From NCBI GenBank assembly GCA_036558765.1, contig DATBEY010000363.1, positions 1-42,801 on the forward strand: DNA of 42,801 nucleotides. Direction: 5' to 3'. The stretch comes from Candidatus Binatia bacterium. GTDB taxonomy: Bacteria > Desulfobacterota > Binatia > UBA9968. The notes beneath the pieces were generated by a model. The model saw nothing but the letters and a program-made list of their open reading frames with translations, was not told the origin of the DNA and did not search any database. A program made the position numbers and the translations under genes. Each line of letters opens with the position of its first letter. The stretch's first letter is position 1. Below, piece after piece: positions 8,894 through 18,086 of this stretch.

Positions 8894-9994
8894 ATGCTGC
8901 CTTTTTTGAAAAATTTTAATTTGGGCTTGCTAAACATTTTCGCCGCCAAGGATGGCTACGTGGCGCTGGATATCGGCTCGAGCTCGATCAAGATGATCGA
9001 GGCTGCGGTCGATCGAAATGGTTATCGAATCCTCAGTCTCGGTATTCTGCCGCTGCCCGAGTATGCCATTCAGAACAACATGGTGGTGGACTCCAAGCCG
9101 GTGGTTGAAAGCATTCGCAAGCTTATCGGCGAGAACGGTGTCAAATCCACACAGGTCATTTCCGCCGTGCCGGGCCGGGCCGTGATTATGAAGAAAGTGC
9201 AGATGCCGAAGCAAGAGCCGGCGGAACTGGAAGCCAATATCGAATTCGAAGCGCAGAATGTCATTCCGGAAAATCTTGAGAACGTCAATCTGGATCATCA
9301 GGTGCTGCAGGAAATCGATGGCGGCAACAAAATGGATGTTTTGTTGGTGGCGGTGAAGAAGGAAATCGTCAACAGCTATGCCGATGCGATCGAAGAGGCT
9401 GGTTTGACGCCTACGGTCATGGATGTCGACTATTTCGCCTTGGAAAATATGTATGAGGCGAATTACGGGGATGAAGCCGAACACGGTGTCACCGGAATCA
9501 TTCATATAGGCGCGCAGTACACCAGCATCACACTTCTGCAAAACGGCATCTCGATTTTCACCGGCGACTTGTCGGTCGGTGGAGCGTACTTCACCGATAG
9601 CCTGGCGAGGCAGCTCGGCATATCGGTTGAGGCAGCTGAAACATTCAAAACAACGGCTGTTTTGGATGGCAACAAGGGCTTGGATTTGGAATCCACGCTA
9701 AGACCGATCTCCGAAGAGCTTGCCGAGGAAATTCGGCGGACCGTAAGCCTCTATGGCGCGTTTCCAGCCGAGGATGGCGATGGTCTCAAGGTGATCTATA
9801 TCAGCGGCGGCGGCGCCAAGCTTGCCGGCTTACGGACATTACTCGAGGATCGGATGGCGGTGCCCGTGCGTTTGAGCGAGCCGTTCCGGCGTTTCACGCT
9901 TAACAAAAACATCGATCGGGAGTTTTTAACGGAATCAGCCCCCTATTTTGCTGTGGGCGCTGGTTTGTCAATTCGTCGCGCGGGAGACAAATGA
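8894..9994 (+). CDS. pilM: Type IV pilus assembly protein PilM (actin-like ATPase fold)
   Basis: LDIGSSSIKMIE phosphate-1-like motif, length, and position ahead of pilNOPQ. I chose the ATG at 8894 rather than the ORF-track start 8795, which would overlap the XRE gene. Confidence 0.9.
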   Translation: MLPFLKNFNLGLLNIFAAKDGYVALDIGSSSIKMIEAAVDRNGYRILSLGILPLPEYAIQNNMVVDSKPVVESIRKLIGENGVKSTQVISAVPGRAVIMKKVQMPKQEPAELEANIEFEAQNVIPENLENVNLDHQVLQEIDGGNKMDVLLVAVKKEIVNSYADAIEEAGLTPTVMDVDYFALENMYEANYGDEAEHGVTGIIHIGAQYTSITLLQNGISIFTGDLSVGGAYFTDSLARQLGISVEAAETFKTTAVLDGNKGLDLESTLRPISEELAEEIRRTVSLYGAFPAEDGDGLKVIYISGGGAKLAGLRTLLEDRMAVPVRLSEPFRRFTLNKNIDREFLTESAPYFAVGAGLSIRRAGDK

Positions 9995-10602
9995 TCCGGG
10001 TCAACTTACTCCCGATCAAAGCGTTGCAAGCCGAGGTCACACGCCGGCGCGAAGTTATCATCGGTTCGTCCGTGCTGGGCTCTCTAGCGGCTCTTTTGAT
10101 CGGTGCGCATATGTACCAAGCTCACGAATTCTCGCAGCTGCAAAATGAACTTTCGGGATTGCGCACCGAACTCAAGAGTCTCAATTTAAAGGTCAAAGAG
10201 GTTGGCGATCTCCAGAACAAAATCAAAGATTTTCGCAGCAAGAACAAGATCATCGAAGACTTGAATAGAAAGAAGAGCGGTCCGGTCTTGGTCATGGAAA
10301 GTCTTTCAAGCGCGGTTCCCGCGAGTCTTTGGTTGACGGAATTCAAAGAAAGCGCCGGCAGTCTGACGATGAATGGACTGGCGATTGACAATCAAACCAT
10401 CGCCAACTTCATGACGGCGATCGCGCGCTCAAAATATTTCACGAATGTCGAGTTGGTGGAAACCACTCAAGGCGCGGGCCAGAGCGCGGCGTTGAAAAAA
10501 TTCGCGCTCAAAACGACAGTGGTCTACCGCCCGCCAGAATCCATTCCGGCGAGCGGAAAACCCACGCCAAATGTCGCCGTCAAGAAAGAGGAGAAGCATT
10601 GA
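9991..10602 (+). CDS. pilN: Type IV pilus assembly protein PilN
   Basis: 203 aa. N-terminal IRVNLLP motif, a single TM, then a coiled coil. 4-nt overlap with pilM. Confidence 0.88.
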   Translation: MIRVNLLPIKALQAEVTRRREVIIGSSVLGSLAALLIGAHMYQAHEFSQLQNELSGLRTELKSLNLKVKEVGDLQNKIKDFRSKNKIIEDLNRKKSGPVLVMESLSSAVPASLWLTEFKESAGSLTMNGLAIDNQTIANFMTAIARSKYFTNVELVETTQGAGQSAALKKFALKTTVVYRPPESIPASGKPTPNVAVKKEEKH

Positions 10603-11222
10603 ATCAGATACTCGACGCCATCCTGGAGCGATCGACAGCGCAGAAAGTTGCGATTCTCGGGGTGAGTGTGATTTTGATCGCGGCACTCTATTACAGTTTT
10701 TTGTTTAGTCCGAAAGCGGACGAGGTCGCGAAATTGGCAGACAGTGTGGAAATTGCGCGCAACGAGAAAACCGTCAAGACCCAAAAAGCAGCGAACTTGT
10801 CGCGTTTACGTCAAGATCTGCAACGCCTCGATGCCGAGCTAAAAAAGGCCATCGCTCAGCTGCCCGAGAAAAAGGAAATCCCGGAGTTGCTGAGCAGTAT
10901 TTCCAGCAAAGCCCAGCAGTCGGGCCTCGATGTTCTGCTGTTTCGTCCGCGCCCGGAGAGCTATCAAGAATTTTATGCGGAAGTACCGGTGGATATTACG
11001 GTCAAGGGCAATTTTCACAACACGGTAAATTTTTTTGACGACGTTGGGCGAATGAACCGGCTCGTGAACATCGACAATATCGGTTTTAGGAATCCTACCG
11101 TGAGTGGCGATAACGTGGTGCTGGAGACCACCAGTGTCGCCACCGCGTTTCGCTTTCTCGATGACGCGGAGCGAAAGAAAGTCGCCGAAGAGAAGGCGAA
11201 AGCTGCCAAAACGAAAAAATAG
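10599..11222 (+). CDS. pilO: Type IV pilus assembly protein PilO
   Basis: 207 aa. TM, coiled coil and ferredoxin-like C-terminus (VPVDITVKGNFHNTVNFFDDV). 4-nt overlap with pilN. Confidence 0.85.
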   Translation: MNQILDAILERSTAQKVAILGVSVILIAALYYSFLFSPKADEVAKLADSVEIARNEKTVKTQKAANLSRLRQDLQRLDAELKKAIAQLPEKKEIPELLSSISSKAQQSGLDVLLFRPRPESYQEFYAEVPVDITVKGNFHNTVNFFDDVGRMNRLVNIDNIGFRNPTVSGDNVVLETTSVATAFRFLDDAERKKVAEEKAKAAKTKK

Positions 11223-11228
11223 AGAGCG

Positions 11229-11840
11229 ATGCATTCGCACATTAAAATCGTCCTTATTCTGGTTATCAGCCTAACCGCGGCCTTAAGTTACGGTGCTGAA
11301 GAACCGATGCCCTCAGATAAAATGAGAGAAGCCGTGGGCAAGTTGAACAAGGCACCGGCGAGCATTGGCCAGAGTTTACGGGGATTAAGCGACGCGGCGG
11401 CGACGAAACTGAAGCAGATCTCCGGTACCGGTCGGCCCGCGCCGGAATCCAAGCCGCTCGACATGACCCTGCCGCAGAAGAAGAGCGAAATTGCACCGCC
11501 GGCGCACGTGATGAAACAGGAGGGACGCGATCCGTTTCGTCCGATGACGCTTAAAAGCAATGGGCCGTCGCGGTCACGCGAAAACCTTTCGCCGCTCGAG
11601 CGCTTCGACATCGGGCAGCTCAGGATTGTAGGGATTGTATGGGACGTTAAAGAACCGCGAGCGATCATCGAGGACAGCGCCGGCCTTGGTTACACTGTCA
11701 AAATTGGAACTCCGATTGGCAGTAACGACGGTCGAGTGAAAGTGATTCGGCGGGACCAGATCATTATCGAGGAAGTTTATGAAGATGCTTATGGCGCCCG
11801 AAAAAAACGCGATATCGCAATGCGACTCTCAACGGAGTAG
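11229..11840 (+). CDS. pilP: Type IV pilus assembly protein PilP
   Basis: 203 aa. Signal peptide, RDPFRP motif and a C-terminal beta domain. Position between pilO and pilQ. Confidence 0.8.
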   Translation: MHSHIKIVLILVISLTAALSYGAEEPMPSDKMREAVGKLNKAPASIGQSLRGLSDAAATKLKQISGTGRPAPESKPLDMTLPQKKSEIAPPAHVMKQEGRDPFRPMTLKSNGPSRSRENLSPLERFDIGQLRIVGIVWDVKEPRAIIEDSAGLGYTVKIGTPIGSNDGRVKVIRRDQIIIEEVYEDAYGARKKRDIAMRLSTE

Positions 11841-11845
11841 CGAGA

Positions 11846-13858
11846 ATGAGGAAAAGCAGGAACATGCTTGCTGCGAATAGTCAATTGCGGAGCGATCCGC
11901 GAGTCCGAATGCGCGCGTTCGGATTGTCCTTTGTCATGGCGGTCGCTCTAGGTCTCACCGGCTGCGCGACGAACAAAGAAGCTCCAATTGCAGCGCCGGC
12001 ACAAGCTCCCGCTGTTCCGCAGGCAGACGGCGGCAGCCCTTCGGCAAGCGCGATCCCCATGCAGGGTGTACAAGAGCTGAGTGTGCGTGAAGAAAAAGGA
12101 CAGACGACGCTGCTGCTTAAATTTGCTCAACCGATAAATCAGTACCGGCATTTTACTTTGGCGCAGCCGGCGCGGATCGTCTTGGATCTGTTGGACGGCG
12201 CGAAAGCCGCGCCATCGAACGAGCTATTTCGGATCGATACCAGTGTTGTTTCGGCCTTGCGGCTGAGCTCGGGCGAGACGACTTTTCGGCTTGTTGTGGA
12301 GATCGCGGCCGCCACCGTTCCCGCCTATACAGTCGCTCCGGAAGAGGGTGGATTGAAAATTACCGTCGGCACGCTTGATCCCAATATCAACATCAAGCGT
12401 GATGTTGTGCTGGTGCGCGGGGGTAAACGCCAAGACGTGCAGCAAAAAAACACCGGTGCGAGCAGTGATTCTCGGGGGAAACTGCAGCTGGCCGATGATC
12501 GCTCAAATGAAAAGGTCTATACGGGTCAAAAGATCTCCCTCGACTTCAAGGACGCTGACATCAAGAATGTATTTCGCCTGCTCGCTGAAGTCAGCGGCTT
12601 GAACATTGTGGTCACCAACGATGTCAATCGCCGGGTCACGGTGCGTCTGGTGGAAGTGCCGTGGGACCAAGCGATGGACTTGCTCATCGCAACCAACGGA
12701 CTGGACAAGGAACAGATCGGTAACGTCGTCCGCATATCTACGGCGGGAGCGCTCAAGGCGGAGAAGGACGCATTGATTGCAGCGAAAAAATCCAAAGAAG
12801 ATCTAGAGCCGATGCAGACGGTTTATTTTACGCTGAACTATGCCAAGGCCAAAGATCTCGAAAGCAAAATCAGGCCGCTGCTGAGTAAGCGAGCCGATAA
12901 TGCGCTGGTGGTTGACGATAGAAGTAATACCATCATGATCCGTGATATTCAGCCCGCGATCGACGATGTCAGCATATTGGTCGGAAAATTCGATTCGCGA
13001 ACCCCGCAAGTTCTTATCGAATCTAATCTTGTCGAGACGACGCCGACGTTCTCAAAATCCCTGGGTATGGAGTTGGACGCGCTGTTCAACAACAACCGCG
13101 TACTGGCCAGTTCGCGATTTCTGGCTTCCGACCCCTTTTCCGGGTCTCCAGCTGGCGCGCTGCCGATTTTACCCATTCCCGCGTCGGGATTTCGATTCGG
13201 CTATTTCGGCAATAACGTGCGGTCCATCCTCTCGGCAGCCGAAAGCGAGGGCCAAATTAAAATCATTTCGCGGCCCTCAATCGTAACATTGAATAATGTT
13301 CCGTCAACAATCAAAAGCGAGCGAATACTGAGGATCGCGTTGCCATCATCGACAAACATAGCTAGCGGTAGCGGCGCTGCAGCCGGTACTGCCGTAGCAA
13401 CCGAACAAGTTCCGGTTGGGATTATCCTGACCGTCATTCCCCAGGTTTCAAGCGACGGATTCGTTTTAATGAATATCAAAGTAAAGTCCAGCTCCACCGC
13501 TCCGGCCACGGTTCCCGGTGGAACAGCTGGTGTCATTCCCTTCGACGAGCTAACCCGTGAAGCAGAAGCCAACGTGTTAGTGAGAGACGGTGAAACCATT
13601 GTCATCGGTGGGATTCTCAAGGATTCCGATACTACGTCAACGGCCGGGGTTCCCTATTTAAAAGATATTCCGGTCCTGGGCTGGCTGTTTAAGAACTGGA
13701 GTGTTGATAAGAAATTGGAAGAGCTCATCGTTTTTATCACGCCGAGGATTGCCTCCGCTGGATCCGAAAACTTGCCGAGCGCAGAACAACTCTGGCGCGA
13801 GCAAATGAAAAAAACCGACAATGCTCCGGTTCCGATGGTGCAGCCCGGGAACCCCTAG
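11846..13858 (+). CDS. pilQ: Type IV pilus secretin PilQ (AMIN domain + secretin), possible lipoprotein
   Basis: 670 aa. AMIN-like segment (TLLLKFAQPI..ARIVLDL), N0/N1 domains, and secretin C-terminus (VLVRDGETIVIGGIL, VPYLKDIPVLGWLF). Lipobox-like LTGC at residue 40. An alternative start M22 at 11909 would give a canonical lipoprotein signal peptide. Confidence 0.92.
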   Translation: MRKSRNMLAANSQLRSDPRVRMRAFGLSFVMAVALGLTGCATNKEAPIAAPAQAPAVPQADGGSPSASAIPMQGVQELSVREEKGQTTLLLKFAQPINQYRHFTLAQPARIVLDLLDGAKAAPSNELFRIDTSVVSALRLSSGETTFRLVVEIAAATVPAYTVAPEEGGLKITVGTLDPNINIKRDVVLVRGGKRQDVQQKNTGASSDSRGKLQLADDRSNEKVYTGQKISLDFKDADIKNVFRLLAEVSGLNIVVTNDVNRRVTVRLVEVPWDQAMDLLIATNGLDKEQIGNVVRISTAGALKAEKDALIAAKKSKEDLEPMQTVYFTLNYAKAKDLESKIRPLLSKRADNALVVDDRSNTIMIRDIQPAIDDVSILVGKFDSRTPQVLIESNLVETTPTFSKSLGMELDALFNNNRVLASSRFLASDPFSGSPAGALPILPIPASGFRFGYFGNNVRSILSAAESEGQIKIISRPSIVTLNNVPSTIKSERILRIALPSSTNIASGSGAAAGTAVATEQVPVGIILTVIPQVSSDGFVLMNIKVKSSSTAPATVPGGTAGVIPFDELTREAEANVLVRDGETIVIGGILKDSDTTSTAGVPYLKDIPVLGWLFKNWSVDKKLEELIVFITPRIASAGSENLPSAEQLWREQMKKTDNAPVPMVQPGNP

Positions 13859-13891
13859 CCTGCTCCAACTTATTACGCTAGGATAGCGCGC

Positions 13892-15088
13892 ATGTTGCGC
13901 TACCTGACCGCGGGCGAATCGCACGGCCCCTGCCTGACGATGATTATCGACGGGGTCCCCGCGGGCTTTCCGATTCAAATCGAAAAAATCAATCATGATC
14001 TTTGGCGCCGTCAGCAGGGCTACGGACGCGGCGGCCGCATGTTGATCGAGAAAGACGAGGCACAAGTTCGTTCGGGCATTCGCTGGGGCGAGACGATCGG
14101 CGCGCCAGTGGCGCTGGGCATTGAGAACCGCGATTGGAAAAATTGGACCAAGAAAATGTCCGCGCTTCCGGAAGACCGCGACGACAAAATCGCCGTTACC
14201 AAACCGCGTCCTGGACATGCTGACCTCAATGGCGCGCTTAAATACGATCGCTCGGATATTCGCGATATTCTCGAACGAGCGAGCGCCCGCGAGACCGTGG
14301 CGCGCACGGCGGTCGGATCTTTCGCCAAACAGCTGCTGGCGCCCTTCGAGATCCGCATCATGGGTTACATACGTTCCATTGGCAATGTCGCGGCCAACCT
14401 GAGTCCGCTTTCGTTCAATGAGATCTACGCCCGCTCGGAAGAGTCGCCGGTTCGAACTGCCGATCCCGATGCCGAAGAAAAGATGATTGCTTTGATCGAG
14501 GAGTGCAAAAGAGAAGGCAATACGCTCGGTGGTATCTTCGAAATTGTGGTGCTCGGGTTGCCGCCGGGATTGGGTTCCCATACCCAATGGGATCGCAAGC
14601 TCGACGGACGATTGGCCCGCGCCTTGATGAGCATCCAGGCCATGAAAGGCGTGGAGATCGGACTCGGTTTTGAAATGGCACGGCGGCGTGGCTCTCAGGT
14701 CCATGACGAAATTTTCTTCGATCCGAGTAAGGATGTGAGCGAAGGGACTCCACGCGTCGTGCCGACAGGGTTTTACCGCGGCAGTAATAACTCAGGAGGC
14801 ACGGAAGGCGGCATGAGCAATGGCGCGCCGTTGATCGCCAGGGTGGCCATGAAGCCAATTTCAACTTTGATGAGTCCTTTGCAATCGGTGGATCTTCGCT
14901 CAAAGCAGCCTGCCGATGCTTCGGTAGAGCGTTCGGATGTTTGCGCGGCGCCGGCCGCAGCGGTGGTCGGCGAGTCCGTGGTCGCGTTTGAGATCGCTCG
15001 GGCATTTCTGGAGAAATTCGGGGGTGATTCATTGCGCGAGGTTCGGCGTAATTACGAAAACTATTTGGAGCAAATCAAGAGCTATTAG
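13892..15088 (+). CDS. aroC: Chorismate synthase
   Basis: 398 aa. N-terminus MLRYLTAGESHGP, RPGHAD motif, and Gly-rich FMN region. Confidence 0.95.
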   Translation: MLRYLTAGESHGPCLTMIIDGVPAGFPIQIEKINHDLWRRQQGYGRGGRMLIEKDEAQVRSGIRWGETIGAPVALGIENRDWKNWTKKMSALPEDRDDKIAVTKPRPGHADLNGALKYDRSDIRDILERASARETVARTAVGSFAKQLLAPFEIRIMGYIRSIGNVAANLSPLSFNEIYARSEESPVRTADPDAEEKMIALIEECKREGNTLGGIFEIVVLGLPPGLGSHTQWDRKLDGRLARALMSIQAMKGVEIGLGFEMARRRGSQVHDEIFFDPSKDVSEGTPRVVPTGFYRGSNNSGGTEGGMSNGAPLIARVAMKPISTLMSPLQSVDLRSKQPADASVERSDVCAAPAAAVVGESVVAFEIARAFLEKFGGDSLREVRRNYENYLEQIKSY

Positions 15089-15189
15089 GCAGGGGTCGCG
15101 CGAAATCGTAGTTGAAGAATTGCGACATGCTTCGTCGCCTAGTGGAGCGCGGCAGCTACCGTTACGTAACAGACTTGGTTTTTTCTGCA

Positions 15190-15729
15190 ATGTCGCGGAA
15201 CATCGCGCTCATCGGGTTCATGGCGGTCGGCAAGAGTGCGATTGGCCGCACTTTGGCAAAAAAGCTGCGTCGCCGCTTCGTCGATCTGGATCGAGTGATT
15301 GAAAGAGCCGAAGGCCGCAAGGTGCGCGAGATTTTCGAGCACAAGGGCGAGGCATACTTTCGGCAGCTGGAAAAGCAGGCGCTGGCGGAAGTGTTGGAAA
15401 AGAATAACCAGATCATCGCGACCGGCGGCGGAGTCATTCTCGACGATCAAAATCTCCAGATACTCCGAGAAAAGGCGCTCCTAATCGGCTTGTCCGCCGA
15501 GATGGATGTGTTGCTTGCGAGAGCCGGTGATGCAACGAAAAGACCCCTTTTGCAAGGAAGTCATCGCCGGGAAAGGATCGAGGATCTGCTGCGCCAGCGC
15601 GCAGCGCGGTATGCCCAGGCTCATGTGACCATCGATACCAGCAATTTGACCGTGGATCAGGTGGTAAAAAAGATTATGGGTATGCTCGAGGTCGGAAAAA
15701 AACCGTCGGATGGAAACTGTAAAAGTTAA
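15190..15729 (+). CDS. aroK: Shikimate kinase
   Basis: Walker A LIGFMAVGKSAIG sits right after the ATG at 15190. The ORF-track start 15112 adds 26 atypical residues, so the start is uncertain. Overlaps aroB by 20 nt. Confidence 0.88.
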   Translation: MSRNIALIGFMAVGKSAIGRTLAKKLRRRFVDLDRVIERAEGRKVREIFEHKGEAYFRQLEKQALAEVLEKNNQIIATGGGVILDDQNLQILREKALLIGLSAEMDVLLARAGDATKRPLLQGSHRRERIEDLLRQRAARYAQAHVTIDTSNLTVDQVVKKIMGMLEVGKKPSDGNCKS

Positions 15730-16786
15730 TTTGGGCGATCGTTCCTACCCGATCTATGTCGGCGCTGGAATTCTCGATAGCCTCGGCCAACGGCTGCAAG
15801 AATCCGGATTGGCACGCAAAGTCGCCGTTGTCACTAACCCGACGGTCGCGCAACTCTACCTCGACGCCGTGCATGGCTCGCTCCATCACGCCGGATTCGA
15901 AGTCGTACCGATTCTCGTGCCCGATGGGGAGGAACATAAGACGTTCAAATCGCTGGCGACCATCTACGATCGGCTCATTGCCGAGCGCTGCGAGAGAAAA
16001 TCCTGTGTTCTTGCGCTTGGTGGTGGTGTGATTGGAGATCTCGCCGGTTTTGCCGCAGCCACTTATCTCCGTGGTGTCGCGTATGTCCAAGTGCCAACGA
16101 CATTGCTCGCGCAAGTGGATTCGAGCGTCGGCGGCAAAACCGGCGTGAATCATGAAAACGGAAAAAACCTGATCGGAGCTTTTTATCAGCCCAAGCTTGT
16201 TCTCATCGACGTCAACATGCTCGCTTCGCTGCCCCATCGAGAGCTCGTTGCGGGTCTCGCCGAGGTGATCAAATATGGCATCATCGAGGACGCGCAGCTT
16301 TTTCGGGATGTGGAAAAAGATCTCGCAAAGATCATCGCGCTGGATCGCGAGTTGTTGCGGCGAGTTATCGTGACGTCTTGTTCGATCAAGGCCCGAATTG
16401 TTGAAACGGACGAGCGCGAGGAAAATCAGCGTGCCGTGCTCAACTTTGGGCACACGATCGGGCATGCATTGGAAGCGGCGACGGATTACCGGGAGTTTCT
16501 GCACGGTGAAGCCGTAGGGATCGGCATGGTCAAAGCCGTCATGCTCTCGGTGCAGCACGGTTTTTGTGACCAGCAAACCTATGAGCGTATTCTCAAGGTC
16601 ATCAAAAAAGCCGGCTTGCCGAGTGAAATTCCCGCCCGCCTCTCGATGCAGAGTGTGATCGACGCCATGCAGCTAGATAAGAAAACAGCCGGTGGCCGGA
16701 TCAAATTTGTGATGTCTGAAGGGATCGGGAAAACTCGTTTCCATTGGCTTTCGCCGGGAGAAGTTTTGTCTGCATTAGAGAGGTAG
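15710..16786 (+). CDS. aroB: 3-dehydroquinate synthase
   Basis: 358 aa. GGGVIGDLAGFAAATYLRG NAD motif and metal ligands in LNFGHTIGHALE. Confidence 0.95.
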   Translation: METVKVNLGDRSYPIYVGAGILDSLGQRLQESGLARKVAVVTNPTVAQLYLDAVHGSLHHAGFEVVPILVPDGEEHKTFKSLATIYDRLIAERCERKSCVLALGGGVIGDLAGFAAATYLRGVAYVQVPTTLLAQVDSSVGGKTGVNHENGKNLIGAFYQPKLVLIDVNMLASLPHRELVAGLAEVIKYGIIEDAQLFRDVEKDLAKIIALDRELLRRVIVTSCSIKARIVETDEREENQRAVLNFGHTIGHALEAATDYREFLHGEAVGIGMVKAVMLSVQHGFCDQQTYERILKVIKKAGLPSEIPARLSMQSVIDAMQLDKKTAGGRIKFVMSEGIGKTRFHWLSPGEVLSALER

Positions 16787-16819
16787 TTCGGACAGCGTGG
16801 TTCCGACGAAGGAGACTCG

Positions 16820-17263
16820 ATGGCCAACATGCAGATTCTGGTGTTGAATGGTCCCAATCTTAATCTGCTCGGCAAGCGGCAGCCGGAGATTTACGGCAGC
16901 CTGAGTCTTTCGGATATCGAGCAGCAAGTGCGCGCGCTGGCCAACGAGCTTGGCGTCGAAATCGAATTTCGCCAGTCAAACAGCGAGGCCGAACTGATCG
17001 ATTGGATCCATGATAGTGCCGGCAAATTCGGCGCTCTGGTCATCAACCCGGCAGCTTACACGCATACCAGCCTGGCATTGCGAGACGCCATTTCGGCGGT
17101 GGGAATTCCGACAGTGGAGATTCACATTTCCAATATTCACAAACGCGAGCCGTTCCGGCATCATTCCTACATCGCGGAAGTCGCGGTCGGTCAGATCGCC
17201 GGCTTCGGCGCGACGAGTTATCTTTTGGGGCTACGCGCCGCGGTCCAGTTACTCCAAAAATAA
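16820..17263 (+). CDS. aroQ: Type II 3-dehydroquinate dehydratase
   Basis: 147 aa. [31 protein letters not shown] and EIHISN motifs. Confidence 0.95.
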   Translation: MANMQILVLNGPNLNLLGKRQPEIYGSLSLSDIEQQVRALANELGVEIEFRQSNSEAELIDWIHDSAGKFGALVINPAAYTHTSLALRDAISAVGIPTVEIHISNIHKREPFRHHSYIAEVAVGQIAGFGATSYLLGLRAAVQLLQK

Positions 17264-17980
17264 CGAACCGACTTCGAATCCTTTTCCTCGCATTTCATCG
17301 ATCACTCTTTGCCGCTCGTTTTCGATTTGGCCGATGCGCGCTCTTAGATCGCTCAGCTCTCTTTGTTTTTCTGTATAAGCGGGCGGCGCATCGAGCGAAA
17401 ACTGTGGAGATGTCGCCGCGCTGCCTGTCGGCAGTCCTTGCGCTCTATTTTGAGCATCGCGCAAGCGAGACAACAAGTCATCTTGCTGGCCTTTGAAGGC
17501 TTCCTGGGTGGTAAAGAAACTTGGGTCGGGACCCTGGTTACCTCGTGTGATGAGTGAATAGCGGTCCCGCAGTTCTTTCAACTGTGCAGTCAAGTTTTTT
17601 AGCCTGTCCTCGTACGCCTTTGCTTCTGCGGCGCGCTGTTTAGCTTGTTGTTGCTCAACCGAAACCGTAGCGGGCGGTTTAGCCTGCGGCGGTTGGACCG
17701 CTGTCGGGGCAGGTTCCGGCGGGTTTTTACCGGGACGATCATCTAATGACAGAGGACGGGAACTGGCACTCTCGGAAGCTTCAGCGCGGCGGATCGTTTG
17801 AATTTGATCCTTGCTGATGGCGAGTTCGCCGCCCAGGCCAGAAAATTTGATCATGCTCCCTTCCTCGCGATAGTTCTGCACCGTCAGTTGCCGACCATTC
17901 TTTAAAACCACAACGTACTGTGCGTCCGCGATGGCGAAACCCATGGAGAGCAACGCTACGACCAGGGTAACCTTCAACAT
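17249..17980 (-). CDS. Secreted coiled-coil protein, function unknown
   Basis: I chose the ATG at 17980 ([20 protein letters not shown] signal peptide). The ORF-track start 18208 would overlap the divergent VWA gene. Layout is a small beta domain, a Pro/Gln-rich linker, then a long heptad-like C-terminus. The 3' end overlaps aroQ convergently by 15 nt. Confidence 0.6.
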   Translation of the reverse strand: MLKVTLVVALLSMGFAIADAQYVVVLKNGRQLTVQNYREEGSMIKFSGLGGELAISKDQIQTIRRAEASESASSRPLSLDDRPGKNPPEPAPTAVQPPQAKPPATVSVEQQQAKQRAAEAKAYEDRLKNLTAQLKELRDRYSLITRGNQGPDPSFFTTQEAFKGQQDDLLSRLRDAQNRAQGLPTGSAATSPQFSLDAPPAYTEKQRELSDLRARIGQIENERQRVIDEMRGKGFEVGSLFLE

Positions 17981-18086
17981 GGGACGGATTATAGCACGAC
18001 GCTCGCTATTGAGGTATGCAGCCTGGACGGACTCTTTTATGCCCGGAGCAATCGTGTTAGCGTCGGCATGTCGGAGAGGTTGATTT

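Noticed and set aside
13658-14704. 348-aa minus-strand ORF
   Set aside because: It lies antisense to the pilQ 3' end and aroC, both of which have unmistakable motifs. The Arg/His/Gly-rich, low-information translation is typical of the antisense frame of GC-rich genes.
15674-16576. 300-aa minus-strand ORF
   Set aside because: It is antisense to aroB (clear GGGVIGD and HTIGHALE motifs on the plus strand). No recognisable domain.
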